From NCBI GenBank assembly GCA_040384285.1, contig JAZKJN010000010.1:11995-75994 (forward strand): DNA of 64,000 nucleotides, written 5' to 3'. The DNA comes from Patescibacteria group bacterium. Its GTDB lineage: Bacteria; Patescibacteriota; Minisyncoccia; Phycocordibacterales; PALSA-1337. A model generated the notes under the pieces. That model was not told where the DNA came from, did no database searches, and saw nothing but the letters and a program-made list of their open reading frames with translations. Shown here in pieces: positions 37,149 to 47,365 of this stretch. Position 1 is the stretch's first letter. The number at the start of each line of letters is the position of its first letter. A program made the translations under genes and the position numbers.

Positions 37149-37235
37149 CGGATGGGGTGAGATTCGAACTCACGGCCCCCGTGAAGGGGCGACAGTTTTC
37201 AAGACTGTTGCTTTAGACCACTCAGCCACCCATCC
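37149..37235 (-). tRNA. tRNA-Ser(TGA)
   Basis: GGATGGG/CCCATCC acceptor, CTTGAAA loop, long variable arm. Confidence 0.96.
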
Positions 37236-37294
37236 GTGTGTTGTAGATACTCTCATATTTTGCGAGAACTTTCAACATAGAGTAGACTGACCCT

Positions 37295-37681
37295 ATGAGA
37301 TATCTCGGGATCGACTATGGATCAAAGAGGGTAGGTATTGCTCTATCTGACGACGGAGCGCAGTTTGCATTGCCCGTTATTACTCTTTCAAATACCAAAA
37401 ATCTTCTCCAAGAGGTCGTTGATACAGCCAAAGAAAACCAGGTAACAGAGATCGTAATGGGGGAGTCAAAGAACTACAAGGGTGAAGCAAACACAATACT
37501 TGAGAAAAGTTTGGAATTTAAAAAGGAACTCGAGACCCAAGGATTTAAAGTTCATCTCGAACCAGAGTTTATGACCAGCGAACAGGCACGAAGGTTTCAG
37601 GGAAAGACCGATCTGACAGATGCATCTGCGGCGGCACTCATACTCCAGAGTTTTTTGGATAAATTAGTAAATAAGGCATAA
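37295..37681 (+). CDS. yqgF: YqgF/RuvX pre-16S rRNA nuclease
   Basis: LGIDYGSKRVGIALSD, DASAAALILQSFL. Confidence 0.93.
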   Translation: MRYLGIDYGSKRVGIALSDDGAQFALPVITLSNTKNLLQEVVDTAKENQVTEIVMGESKNYKGEANTILEKSLEFKKELETQGFKVHLEPEFMTSEQARRFQGKTDLTDASAAALILQSFLDKLVNKA

Positions 37682-37688
37682 TAAATAT

Positions 37689-38090
37689 ATGGAAGAAAAA
37701 ATACCAGAAATAATTGTAGAAAAAGCAGTAGAGAAACCAGTAGAAAAGCCAAAGCCAGTTCACATCTCCTACGACGACTTTGCAAAGGTAGAAATCCGCG
37801 CAGGAAAGATTCTTTCTGCTGAAAAGATTCCTGACACTGACAAACTTTTGAAACTCAGTGTGGACTTTGCTGAAGAAAAACCTCGACAGATCGTCTCTGG
37901 TATCTCTATGTATTTTCCTGACCCTGCAGTTCTCGTAGGGAAGACCTGTATGTTCGTAGCAAACCTCGAACCCCGCATGATCCGCGGACACGAGAGCAAT
38001 GGAATGCTTTTTGCAGTATCTACTCCCGAAGGAGCCTTTTCACTTCTCGAACCAGCATCTACCATTCCGCCAGGAACTAAAGCAAAATAA
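37689..38090 (+). CDS. tRNA-binding OB-fold protein (CsaA/Trbp111/MetG C-terminal-like)
   Basis: DFAKVEIRAG, DKLL, RQIVSGI, NLEPR, SNGM. Confidence 0.92.
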   Translation: MEEKIPEIIVEKAVEKPVEKPKPVHISYDDFAKVEIRAGKILSAEKIPDTDKLLKLSVDFAEEKPRQIVSGISMYFPDPAVLVGKTCMFVANLEPRMIRGHESNGMLFAVSTPEGAFSLLEPASTIPPGTKAK

Positions 38091-38092
38091 GT

Positions 38093-38698
38093 ATGGAATT
38101 CATCCACTCATTTCTTGACCCGCTCACCATCATTAAAGCTGTAGGACTTTTCGGCGTTGTCGCTATCATCTTTGCTGAGTCAGGACTTTTCTTCGGATTT
38201 TTCTTGCCAGGAGATTCACTCCTTTTTACTGCAGGATTTCTTGCATCTCAAAATTTCATATCGATCTGGTGGCTACTCATCCTTTGTTTCATCGCTGCAG
38301 TAGCAGGGGACACGGTAGGGTATTGGTTTGGAAGAAAGACGGGTCCGATGATCTTCAACAAAGAAGATTCATTCTTTTTCCAAAAGAAACATATTGAACG
38401 CGCAGACGCTTTTTATAAGAAATACGGCAAGAAGACTATCGTCATAGCGAGATTTATTCCTATCGTTCGTACCTTCGCTCCCATCGTCGCTGGGGTGGCA
38501 CGTATGGAGTACAATGTCTTCCTCTCGTACAACATTTTTGGAGGTTTTATCTGGACATTTGGAATGCTGGGACTCGGATTCCTTTTAGGTAATGCAATTC
38601 CTGATGCCGAAAAGTATTTGACTCCAATTATTCTCGCTATTATCTTTGTCTCTTTTATCCCCGCCATCTGGGAGTTCTTCAAACATAGAAAGGTGTAG
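38093..38698 (+). CDS. DedA family membrane protein
   Basis: FFLPGDSLLF, ARFIPIVRTF. Confidence 0.95.
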   Translation: MEFIHSFLDPLTIIKAVGLFGVVAIIFAESGLFFGFFLPGDSLLFTAGFLASQNFISIWWLLILCFIAAVAGDTVGYWFGRKTGPMIFNKEDSFFFQKKHIERADAFYKKYGKKTIVIARFIPIVRTFAPIVAGVARMEYNVFLSYNIFGGFIWTFGMLGLGFLLGNAIPDAEKYLTPIILAIIFVSFIPAIWEFFKHRKV

Positions 38699-38723
38699 TA
38701 CAATATATGGTAAGCAAAGTACC

Positions 38724-39689
38724 ATGTTTACCAAAACATTTTTTAAACTATTTCCTCCGCCAAAGTTCCTGAATATTCCTTACGCAGGCCTCGATATTTC
38801 AGATGACGCTATTCACGCTATCGAGTATGCGCACGGAACTCACGGCTACTCCATTCATCGCTTTGGCATGCGCCCGCTCGCTCCGGGTGTCGTAGAGTCA
38901 GGATATATACGTGATGAAAAGGCTCTCACTGAAGCTGTCTCATCTCTTGCCAAAGAACTCAAACTCACTACTATCAAAGCCTCTCTTCCTGAGGAGCGTA
39001 TGTATCTTTTTAAAACAGAAGTGCCTACAGCTGATGAGACACAGGCACGTCAAAATATCGAATTCAAACTTGAGGAAAATGTGCCTTTGAAACCTGCCGA
39101 CGCTTCTTTTTTCTTCGATTTTCTTTCTCAAAAGGAGGGTAAGAACATGGCGAGTGTATCAGTGGCTCCACGAGGCCTTATCGATCGCTACCTCAAGGTC
39201 TTTCAGGATTCAGGTCTTTCCGTTATTTCTTTTGAGATCCAGGCAAAAGCCATCGCTCGAGCAGTGGTTCCTCGCGATTCCCTTGATACGGTGATGCTCG
39301 TGCATGTCATGGATCAAAAGACAGGACTCTACGTAGTATCAAACGGTATTGTATGCTTCACCTCGACTATTTCTTGGAAGGGGACATCGGTGCGAGGGAA
39401 AAATCCCAATGATATTTCAGATGAAATTTTTTCATTGAGAAAAGAGATTGAGCGTGTATCAAAGTACTGGAAAGAGTATGGCGAAGGTCAGCCGATAACC
39501 TCGATCATCGTATCAGGAAAAGACGCCGTGCTCATCAGCCAGATCTCACACATTTCTCCTGACGCGGGAATACCGCTCAAGACCGCCGATACCTGGCAGA
39601 ATGTTTTTTCAGGCGACCATTATATTGCCCCGATCCCTTTTGAAGAATCGCTCGACTACACGGTAGCTGCTGGGCTTGCTCTGCCATAA
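38724..39689 (+). CDS. pilM: Type IV pilus assembly protein PilM
   Basis: GLDISD actin-like motif, AIARA, AAGLAL; start reassigned. Confidence 0.88.
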   Translation: MFTKTFFKLFPPPKFLNIPYAGLDISDDAIHAIEYAHGTHGYSIHRFGMRPLAPGVVESGYIRDEKALTEAVSSLAKELKLTTIKASLPEERMYLFKTEVPTADETQARQNIEFKLEENVPLKPADASFFFDFLSQKEGKNMASVSVAPRGLIDRYLKVFQDSGLSVISFEIQAKAIARAVVPRDSLDTVMLVHVMDQKTGLYVVSNGIVCFTSTISWKGTSVRGKNPNDISDEIFSLRKEIERVSKYWKEYGEGQPITSIIVSGKDAVLISQISHISPDAGIPLKTADTWQNVFSGDHYIAPIPFEESLDYTVAAGLALP

Positions 39690-39698
39690 AATATACAC

Positions 39699-40262
39699 AT
39701 GAATCTTTATACACTGCTTCCTGACAAAGAAATATCAGCACTCAAAAGAGAATACCGTACTCGTCTCTTTATCGTATTTCTTTTCTTTGTCTCGTGCGGT
39801 ATTTTTCTCGGCATCCTCTCGCTCGTGCCCGCATACATTCTCTCGTATACTCAAGAGGAAGCTGCTCTTTTGGAAGTACAGAAGTTCGAAAAGGGAAGAC
39901 AGGATCGAGGGACGGACGTAGTGCTTGCAGAACTCGCTTCTACCACCGCTGTCATCAATCGTATCAAAGCACATGAAGATCAAACTCTGTTTTCAAATAT
40001 CCTGACGCGCGTTCTTATCCACAAACCTTCTCGTGTGTCTCTCATATCTTTTTATATGACCAAGGCGCCAGCCCCAGAGGGAGGGGTATCTCCAGGTACG
40101 AACGTAGTAGTGCAGGGCAGTGCCCTCACTCGAGACTCCCTGGTGGACTTCAAAAAAAGACTTGAGGGCGATGTCTCTATCTCAAACATCGAACTTCCAC
40201 TTTCAGATCTCGCAAAGAGCAAGGATATTGTTTTTTCCGTAAGGTTTATCATTCAAAATTAA
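39699..40262 (+). CDS. PilN-like protein
   Basis: TLLP, single TM, coiled coil, GxA..L..F ferredoxin-like end; follows pilM. Confidence 0.7.
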   Translation: MNLYTLLPDKEISALKREYRTRLFIVFLFFVSCGIFLGILSLVPAYILSYTQEEAALLEVQKFEKGRQDRGTDVVLAELASTTAVINRIKAHEDQTLFSNILTRVLIHKPSRVSLISFYMTKAPAPEGGVSPGTNVVVQGSALTRDSLVDFKKRLEGDVSISNIELPLSDLAKSKDIVFSVRFIIQN

Positions 40263-40263
40263 T

Positions 40264-40761
40264 ATGAAACTTCATTCAGGACATTATATACTTGCTCTCG
40301 TTGCCTTGGTTACCGCCACGGTTGCTGGTTTTGGATTTTTCTTTCTCTATTCGCATATTGTGGGGCAAGCACAAAATTCTGCGCATGCCGTACGGGCGGT
40401 GGGACTTGAGACTGAACGCAAACAGCAAGAGGGTCAGATTTTGAAAATATACGAAGAGACACAGGCTGATCGCACAAAGATTTTCGAGTCACTTGTGCAG
40501 GAGGATGAGATTGTTCAGTTTATAGAAGAGGTAGAGAAGATAGGGCCTGCTTCGAGCACTACTCTTGAACTCTCTGCCCTCACGACTGGAGAGGGACTCA
40601 TCCAGGCCCATCTGAACATCAAAGGTTCCTGGTCTGGAGTTATGCGGGCGCTTACATTGATTGAGAATGTGCCTTACAGCATAACTCTCAAAGATCTCCG
40701 CCTCACTTCGTCAGAAAGACTTTGGAATCTCGACTCTGATTTTTCGGTGCTAAAATACTAA
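40264..40761 (+). CDS. PilO-like protein
   Basis: TM, coiled coil, IKGSW..LIENVP; follows pilN. Confidence 0.65.
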   Translation: MKLHSGHYILALVALVTATVAGFGFFFLYSHIVGQAQNSAHAVRAVGLETERKQQEGQILKIYEETQADRTKIFESLVQEDEIVQFIEEVEKIGPASSTTLELSALTTGEGLIQAHLNIKGSWSGVMRALTLIENVPYSITLKDLRLTSSERLWNLDSDFSVLKY

Positions 40762-40766
40762 TATAT

Positions 40767-41102
40767 ATGGCAACCCTTTTTAAAAAGAAATACCAAGTTG
40801 CTCCCGGAATGTCTCTTACGAAGTCGATAAAGGAGATCGGGAAGAATCCTTTTGTGGATTGGATACTTATTCTGCTTGTTTCTCTCGGAATATCAATCTT
40901 TCTTATCACAAGCGGTGTCCGGCTTTACTTCAAGGTGGTTTCCGGAGACATTAAAGGATCTTCTGATGAAGAAACAGGAGGTACGTATCGTCCTTTCAAT
41001 CAAAAAGCTCTTTCCTCTGCCATTGAGCTTGTAAAGATAAAAGAATCGGCTACGAGCCGGGCTCGAGGAGGATATAGCGGACCTGGAGACCCTTCTTTCT
41101 AA
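40767..41102 (+). CDS. Single-TM hypothetical protein at end of pilMNO operon
   Basis: 111 aa, ends DPSF. Confidence 0.7.
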   Translation: MATLFKKKYQVAPGMSLTKSIKEIGKNPFVDWILILLVSLGISIFLITSGVRLYFKVVSGDIKGSSDEETGGTYRPFNQKALSSAIELVKIKESATSRARGGYSGPGDPSF

Positions 41103-41144
41103 AAATGTGCTATATTCTTTAGTGCTTGGATGGGTTTTCTACAT

Positions 41145-41216
41145 GCCCTTGTAGTTCAATGGATAGAACTGCGGACTTCTAAGCCGTCAATGTTGGTTCG
41201 ATTCCAACCGAGGGCA
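41145..41216 (+). tRNA. tRNA-Arg(TCT)
   Basis: GCCCTTG/CGAGGGC acceptor, CTTCTAA loop. Confidence 0.94.
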
Positions 41217-41286
41217 CAAAATAATAGGTATAGTATAATTAAAAGGTCGAGAGTTCTTTGCGTTATTAGTAATTTAATTAAATAAT

Positions 41287-41664
41287 ATGGCTAAGAAATC
41301 AGCTTTGGTATTTGGTATCATTTTTATTCTCGTCGGTATTTTGGGATTTTTTGAGAATCCTATCGTAGGAATGGATTCACTTTTCGTGACTGACGTTATA
41401 CATAACCTCGTTCACTTGATCATCGGTATCATCCTTTTGGTGATCTCGCTCAAGTCTCCGGCAAAATCAGCTGTTGCATTGAAGATCTTTGGTATCATCT
41501 ACCTTGTCCTTGCAATCATCGGATTCTTTAGTGGGTCTACACTTCTCGGACTTGTAGCAATCAACAGTGCAGATAACTGGCTTCACCTTGTACTCGGTAT
41601 TGTCATCACCGCCCTTGGTTTTATGGCAAAGGACTCTGCTTCCGCTCCGGCGCCCATGATGTAG
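41287..41664 (+). CDS. DUF4383-like 4-TM membrane protein
   Basis: HNLVHL and ADNWLHL motifs. Confidence 0.8.
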   Translation: MAKKSALVFGIIFILVGILGFFENPIVGMDSLFVTDVIHNLVHLIIGIILLVISLKSPAKSAVALKIFGIIYLVLAIIGFFSGSTLLGLVAINSADNWLHLVLGIVITALGFMAKDSASAPAPMM

Positions 41665-41831
41665 GGAGGGGTGGGGAATTTTAAAGAAAGACCGCCTCAA
41701 AAGGGCGGTTTTTCGTATGTATTGACTATTTTTAAATATTGTGCTAATATGTGTGTTGGCCCTTATTTATAAGGGATTGAAAACCAAAAAACAAAGTAGG
41801 CAACTTAGTTGCCAGAAAACGCAGAAACGCA

Positions 41832-42635
41832 ATGAAAAAGTTCATCCTGTCGGTCGTCCTTGTCCTCCTGTCCCTTTGCACTCCCATCCTCACGTCTACG
41901 GCGTGGGCCCAAGGTGGTGGAGGGGGCGGCGGAGGTCAGATCATCTCTCCGGGGACCTTTGAGTTCATCTATCCTGTCACGGACCAAGTGTGGTACCCGG
42001 ACCGGGTAGCTGGTATCAAATACGCCGTCAGTAACCTGAATGGTTACGTTGGCGTGCGGTTGGTCAGCGAATACCGCAGTTACTATCTCACGGATTTTTA
42101 TGTGAGCGGCAATGGCGCTGATGCCGATGCCTTCATCTTGTATCATCACATCAAGGCCGGAGAATACCGCCTAGAAGCGTCCATCTGGGACTATGATACC
42201 GAACAAAACTTCACATGGACTTCGTCAGCGAAGATCACTGTGCCAAGCGTTGTTGTCTCACCTAAGGCGGGAGAAGTTACTCGCGCCGGCAAAAAGGTGC
42301 GTGTGACGCTCTCCTCTCCAGTTCCGCCGGGAGAAATCTACGGGGTTTATCTGCAGGGAAAAGGCCTCGGTCAATACAGCCAGATCGCACTTGAGGTGAT
42401 CAAGTCAGGCAAGAACCATGTTGTGGTTCTCATCCCGCAGGAGTTGCCAAACAAGGCACCCCTTCTCAGCGGTAACGACTACCACATTGTTGTGCGAGAC
42501 TTCTCCTACAACCTTTCTGGTGACAATTTCACCATTGTGAACCCCAAAACCCCCTTGCCCTTCACGTTCCCAAGCGGCAACAGTGGTGGGAGTAGTGGTG
42601 GTGGAGGTGGCGTCGGTATTGCCGGAAAAAATTAA
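41832..42635 (+). CDS. Secreted beta-rich hypothetical protein with Gly-rich ends
   Basis: Signal peptide AWA-Q, poly-Gly at both ends; TTGACT-17-TAATAT promoter and terminator. Confidence 0.75.
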   Translation: MKKFILSVVLVLLSLCTPILTSTAWAQGGGGGGGGQIISPGTFEFIYPVTDQVWYPDRVAGIKYAVSNLNGYVGVRLVSEYRSYYLTDFYVSGNGADADAFILYHHIKAGEYRLEASIWDYDTEQNFTWTSSAKITVPSVVVSPKAGEVTRAGKKVRVTLSSPVPPGEIYGVYLQGKGLGQYSQIALEVIKSGKNHVVVLIPQELPNKAPLLSGNDYHIVVRDFSYNLSGDNFTIVNPKTPLPFTFPSGNSGGSSGGGGGVGIAGKN

Positions 42636-42689
42636 TCAAATTCAAAAAGTTCTTTCACGCGCGCCCTCTAGAAATGGAGGGCCGCTTTT

Positions 42690-44252
42690 TTATTTCATCA
42701 ATGGCAACGAAAGAGAGAAAGTCGAACCAGTACCCACTCCCTCTGACTTCACCGATATCTTTCCATCATGTCGTTCGACGATTCTCTGTGCAATGAAAAG
42801 TCCAATACCCATACCTTCAGTATCTGCTGCACGAGCCTTGTTGCCTCTGAAGAAGCGAGAAAAGATCAGTCGAGCATCTTCTTTGTCGAGACCGATGCCG
42901 GTATCTTTGACGGTGAGGAGTGCAGTGCTACCGCTCTTTGAAAGAGTGACTTCAACTTTTCCATCCTTTGGGGTATATGCGATCGCATTGTCGATCATGA
43001 TCTGGATAACAGAGAGGATCTTTTTTGGATCGGCATGTATCATCACAGCATTGCCCGTTTGATTTGCATAGGAAAGAGTAATATTCTTTTTCTGAGCCTG
43101 ATATTTTTCATCACCGACCATTTTCTCTGACAGTGTTGCGATATCCACCGGTTCCCAGTGATATACGTAGTCTTCCTGGTGGTCATTTGAAGTATTCATA
43201 AGAAGACCGACGAGCTCTACGAGACGGTTTGTTCCTTCTTTGATCTGTGCCAGCTCTTCTTGTCCTTCTGCTGTGGTGTGAGTGGTGAGACTTTCGGCTG
43301 CCCACTTGATACCGGTGAGTGGAGTACGGAGCTTGTGACTGATCGTACTTACGAATTCATATTTCAAAGTATCGATCTCTCGCAATCGTTTCCAGATAAA
43401 GAATCCGACTGTTACGACAATAAATGACGAGATCAATGGAAGTGCCCATGCTGGAGTGGCTGGTATTTGCTGCACGATGAGCTGGTTTGAAAAATTTAAA
43501 AGGACAATAAAGATGCCGACACCCACCACCGCAAGGGAATATGTGAAAGCCTGCTTTGCAATAACTTTAATATCCATCAAGTCGTATTTGAGTACTGCGT
43601 AGGTAAAGGGAATCACAAAGCTCGTAACAAAAAACATTGAGAGGATGGGATCAATTTGGATATCAAACACGAGATACCATGCACTGGTGCCCAAAAGGTA
43701 TCCCATAAGGATGGCAGTAAAAAGATATCTCAATCGGTTTTTAAGTATTGGTTCTGCCGTTCGATAGACGAGGAGCATTTGTGACAAAAAGTAGATACTC
43801 AAAAGAACTGTCCACGCCATGATGGCAGGGTAGAGGATACCCGCCTCATAATAATTGGGGAAATAGAGTTTCGGTACCGAAGGGAGAAGGAGGGAGTTCG
43901 GAAAGATCAAAAAAATAATCGTGAGAATGATCGAGCCTGAATACATAAAAATAAGTGCAATCTTCTGCTCTTTCAATTTTCCTATCAAAGCAAACACACT
44001 ATGAGCAAAAAAGAGGGCAATGAAAATCGTGAATATATTGCCCATGAGAACTGTTCGTGAAAGTTCGGGATCCTGTATGTTTACTCCTACTACATGAGAT
44101 GTCACGTATCCGAATACAGCTACAAATGAAAGAAGAAGCATTTTGTTGGCGAGGGGGCCGTGGTCCTTTATGTATACAAGAATGATGACGACGAGAGTGG
44201 TGAGTGCAGAGATAATGTACCCTATATTATGAATGAGAAGTTCTAAACTCAT
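42690..44252 (-). CDS. Membrane sensor histidine kinase (multi-TM N-terminus)
   Basis: SHKLRTPLT H-box, NAIAYT, DTGIG, GIGLFI. Confidence 0.93.
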   Translation of the reverse strand: MSLELLIHNIGYIISALTTLVVIILVYIKDHGPLANKMLLLSFVAVFGYVTSHVVGVNIQDPELSRTVLMGNIFTIFIALFFAHSVFALIGKLKEQKIALIFMYSGSIILTIIFLIFPNSLLLPSVPKLYFPNYYEAGILYPAIMAWTVLLSIYFLSQMLLVYRTAEPILKNRLRYLFTAILMGYLLGTSAWYLVFDIQIDPILSMFFVTSFVIPFTYAVLKYDLMDIKVIAKQAFTYSLAVVGVGIFIVLLNFSNQLIVQQIPATPAWALPLISSFIVVTVGFFIWKRLREIDTLKYEFVSTISHKLRTPLTGIKWAAESLTTHTTAEGQEELAQIKEGTNRLVELVGLLMNTSNDHQEDYVYHWEPVDIATLSEKMVGDEKYQAQKKNITLSYANQTGNAVMIHADPKKILSVIQIMIDNAIAYTPKDGKVEVTLSKSGSTALLTVKDTGIGLDKEDARLIFSRFFRGNKARAADTEGMGIGLFIAQRIVERHDGKISVKSEGVGTGSTFSLSLPLMK

Positions 44253-44313
44253 GCTGTATATTCTAGCATCGTTTCCTTGAACTTTCCCAGTTACTGGTGT
44301 ATAAATAAGCGAC

Positions 44314-44386
44314 GCGCGATTAGCTCAGTTGGTAGAGCAACCCATTTACACTGGGAAGGTCGCAGGTTCGAGTCCTGCATCGCGCA
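44314..44386 (+). tRNA. tRNA-Val(TAC)
   Basis: GCGCGAT/ATCGCGC acceptor, TTTACAC loop. Confidence 0.96.
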
Positions 44387-44408
44387 CAAAGTTTTCTCAT
44401 ATAGAACA

Positions 44409-45155
44409 ATGAAAATAGACATACTCTACGAAGACAAGGATATTGTCGTCATAAATAAGCCTTCGGGACTGGTAGTTCATACTGATGGAAAAACAGATGA
44501 GCCTCTTTTGACTGACTGGATCTTGGAAAAATATCCCAAAGTTCGCAATGTAGGTGAACCTATTGTTACAAAGGAAGGGGTGACTCTCGAGCGTCCAGGT
44601 ATCGTGCATCGACTTGATAGGGGAACATCAGGTGCTTTGTGTATTGCTAAAACATATGAAGGCCATGCACATCTCAAGGAGCAATTTCAAAACCAGACTA
44701 TTACCAAGAAATACCTCACGTTTGTATATGGAGAGGTGAAGGATCAATATGGGATCATCAACAAACCGATCGGGAGAAGTCCACGAGATTTCCGACGATG
44801 GTCTGCTACACGAGGTGCGAGAGGGGAGCTTCGTGATGCGGAGACATGGTTTACGACTCTCGCCACTCGCTCAGGGTACTCTTTCCTCGAAATGGAGCCA
44901 AAGACTGGCCGCACACACCAGATCCGTGTGCATTTGAAGGCGGTCAACCATCCCGTGGTTTGTGATTCTCTGTATGCTGCTGAAAAGCCTGCAGCTCTTG
45001 GTTTTACCCGTACAGCGCTGCATGCCTATGAGCTCGAGTTCACCAATCTCGCCGGCAAGAAGATAAAGGTAAAAGCACCTCTTCCAGCAGACTTTTTGAA
45101 CGCTTTTGAGGAGCTCGGCATCATAGAAGTTGCCAAAAATAAGGGGCTGTGTTAG
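44409..45155 (+). CDS. RluA family pseudouridine synthase
   Basis: INKPSGLVVH, HRLDRGTSG, TGRTHQIRVH; start reassigned. Confidence 0.95.
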   Translation: MKIDILYEDKDIVVINKPSGLVVHTDGKTDEPLLTDWILEKYPKVRNVGEPIVTKEGVTLERPGIVHRLDRGTSGALCIAKTYEGHAHLKEQFQNQTITKKYLTFVYGEVKDQYGIINKPIGRSPRDFRRWSATRGARGELRDAETWFTTLATRSGYSFLEMEPKTGRTHQIRVHLKAVNHPVVCDSLYAAEKPAALGFTRTALHAYELEFTNLAGKKIKVKAPLPADFLNAFEELGIIEVAKNKGLC

Positions 45156-45169
45156 ATTTCTCTCTACAT

Positions 45170-45616
45170 ATGGCAACCGCTACTATATCAAAAAACATCG
45201 TTCTATCACCTGCAGACGTAGAGGCTCGAAAGACCCTCGATATTCGCCCAGGAGATACTGTACGTGTATGGCAGAAAATTCAGGAAAAGGGTAAGACACG
45301 ACTTCAGGCCTTTGAAGGTCTCGTTCTTTCTCATAAGCACGGCCGAGAAGCAGGAGCTACATTTACTGTTCGAAAGGTGATCGATGCTGTAGGAGTAGAG
45401 AAAATCTTTCCTCTTTACACACCAATGATCGACAAGATCGAACTTCTCCGACGTTCAAAGGTTCGACGAGCAAAGCTTTATTTCGTACGAGAAAAGGCAG
45501 CAAAGGAAATCCGACGCCAGATGCGACGAATGCTCACGATCGAGAAAGGAGAGAATACAGATACAAAGATCGCCACTCCAGTAGAAGCAGTAGTAGAAGA
45601 AACAAAGACCGCATAA
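45170..45616 (+). CDS. rplS: 50S ribosomal protein L19
   Basis: PGDTVRV, FEGLV, VRRAKLYF; start reassigned. Confidence 0.97.
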   Translation: MATATISKNIVLSPADVEARKTLDIRPGDTVRVWQKIQEKGKTRLQAFEGLVLSHKHGREAGATFTVRKVIDAVGVEKIFPLYTPMIDKIELLRRSKVRRAKLYFVREKAAKEIRRQMRRMLTIEKGENTDTKIATPVEAVVEETKTA

Positions 45617-45682
45617 GCGGTTTTTTGTTTTCGTATTGAAATTAAAACGAATATTGGCTATAGTGGGGGAGTCAGCCCCAAT

Positions 45683-45766
45683 GCTCGGGTGTTGAAATTG
45701 GTAGACAAGCACCCTTGAGGTGGGTGTGCCCTTACGGGTGTGGAGGTTCGAGTCCTCTCCCGAGCA
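45683..45766 (+). tRNA. tRNA-Leu(GAG)
   Basis: GCTCGGG/CCCGAGC acceptor, TTGAGGT loop, variable arm. Confidence 0.96.
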
Positions 45767-45833
45767 CAGAGATAGAGAGAAAAAAGTAATAAAAAAGGCG
45801 GGTCCGGGAGGACTCGCTTTTGCGTAAAAGACT

Positions 45834-46157
45834 TCAAGGGGAGGGTGGAAGGATCGAAATAACCTTCCTCCTTACGTTGGTGTTTGTGATCACCAATCTG
45901 ATGGTTTCACCTACCTGGAAATCCATTTTCGATTGTTGGAAAGCAAGCTCATCGTTGTCCAAGGCCCAGATGTTTTTGCTCTCGGATTCCTTTGCAAAAA
46001 CTATCCGATTCTTGGGATCGCGAGGATTTGCAATTTTTGTGATCGCAGCAAGGTTAGTGGTCAGGTGTGGGCCACCTCCTCCCGCGTAAGCACGCCGGTG
46101 AATGTTGTTTAAGATCAAGAGCCCCATAATAAAGAGAAGGGACAGAAGATGTTTCAT
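45834..46157 (-). CDS. Small secreted hypothetical protein
   Basis: Signal peptide ending AYA; followed by hairpin and T-tract. Confidence 0.6.
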   Translation of the reverse strand: MKHLLSLLFIMGLLILNNIHRRAYAGGGGPHLTTNLAAITKIANPRDPKNRIVFAKESESKNIWALDNDELAFQQSKMDFQVGETIRLVITNTNVRRKVISILPPSP

Positions 46158-46202
46158 AGGAATTCGGTTATCAATGGGTAAACTATTTAAAATGCTCTCA
46201 CG

Positions 46203-46727
46203 TTATGACTTTTCTGTCAAAACGAACCGGTACTCTTTTGCACACCAGATTGGTCCTGCATAGTCGATACCGATACGAGGAGTTTTCTTGATATGTTTGG
46301 CATCAAAATCTTTTTTACGGGACTCGATCCATATGCCGGCTTCCTTGCCGAGTTTTTTGCTATTAAAATCTCCAGTGATTTTTAGTTTCTTGGTAACGCG
46401 TCCAGGTCCTATTGCTTCCTCGACACCACGTATGAGTACTGCAGCAGGGTAGTCCTTCTCACCTGTGACGATATTCATCATCCAGTGCATGCCGTAGACA
46501 AGATAGACGTAGAGGTGGCCAGCAGGCCCAAACATTACCTCTGTCCGTTTCGTCCTTCCTTTCGATGCATGGCAGGCTTTATCATCGATCCCGTCATATG
46601 CTTCGGTTTCGGTGATCATATATCGAACAGTTTCTTCTTCCATTTTTCTTACGATGAAACAGCCGACGAGATCGTGGGCGACTTGTACGACATCACGATT
46701 AAAGAAAGAATGTGGCAAGGAAGACAT
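46203..46727 (-). CDS. 3-methyladenine DNA glycosylase (MPG family)
   Basis: ITETEAY, YVYLVYGMH, AVLIRG, TPRIGI. Confidence 0.95.
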   Translation of the reverse strand: MSSLPHSFFNRDVVQVAHDLVGCFIVRKMEEETVRYMITETEAYDGIDDKACHASKGRTKRTEVMFGPAGHLYVYLVYGMHWMMNIVTGEKDYPAAVLIRGVEEAIGPGRVTKKLKITGDFNSKKLGKEAGIWIESRKKDFDAKHIKKTPRIGIDYAGPIWCAKEYRFVLTEKS

Positions 46728-46769
46728 AAATCTGGTATAAAGATGAAGCGATGTGAGTATATCGCATAT

Positions 46770-46844
46770 GGTGGCTATAGTTTAGTGGTAAAACTCCGGT
46801 TTGTGGAACCGGTATCGAGAGTTCGATTCTCTCTAGTCACCCCA
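46770..46844 (+). tRNA. tRNA-His(GTG) with encoded G-1 and CCA
   Basis: CCGGT-TTGTGGA-ACCGG anticodon arm, C discriminator. Confidence 0.96.
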
Positions 46845-46856
46845 ATAAATACGTAC

Positions 46857-47258
46857 ATGCAAACAAAAAAGATGGCAATCGCTGTTGTGAAAGATGGAGA
46901 CAAAGTTCTTTTGCGAAAAAAGCCTGCGGGATCTCTTCCGTATGCCGAGACGTGGTATCTTTTTGGTGTCGAAGTCCAGGAAGATGAACAAGCATCAATA
47001 AAAAACTATCTTAAAAATATCGTCGGGATTGAAGTAGAAGTAGGGGAGATTGTAGGACAGGATAAAGAAATAAAAGCAGATCATGATGGGGTGGTAAAAG
47101 AATTTGAATATATAGATATTGTTTGTTCGTACAAGGGAGGGGAACCAAAACTTATTCCCGGTGCGGAAAAAATGGAATGGGTTCAAAAAGACAAATTAAA
47201 AGAATATGATCTCGTCCCACCTTCGGTAAAATTGTTTAAAAAGTTAGGGTATTTATAA
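46857..47258 (+). CDS. Degenerate NUDIX-fold protein
   Basis: AVVKDGDKVLLRK, WYLFG, EWV; Nudix box poorly conserved; start reassigned downstream of tRNA-His. Confidence 0.7.
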   Translation: MQTKKMAIAVVKDGDKVLLRKKPAGSLPYAETWYLFGVEVQEDEQASIKNYLKNIVGIEVEVGEIVGQDKEIKADHDGVVKEFEYIDIVCSYKGGEPKLIPGAEKMEWVQKDKLKEYDLVPPSVKLFKKLGYL

Positions 47259-47365
47259 CTATGCGTTGACGGTCTAGTTAATTTACTATATATTCACTTT
47301 GGAAAAAGTGGCATGCCGCCACCTCCAAAACCGGCCAATATAAGCCATTCCCAAAAGGAAAAATT

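Noticed and set aside
44277-46856. Long N-terminal extensions of the ORFs starting at 44277 and 46485
   Set aside because: They run through tRNA-Val and tRNA-His; real starts are 44409 and 46857
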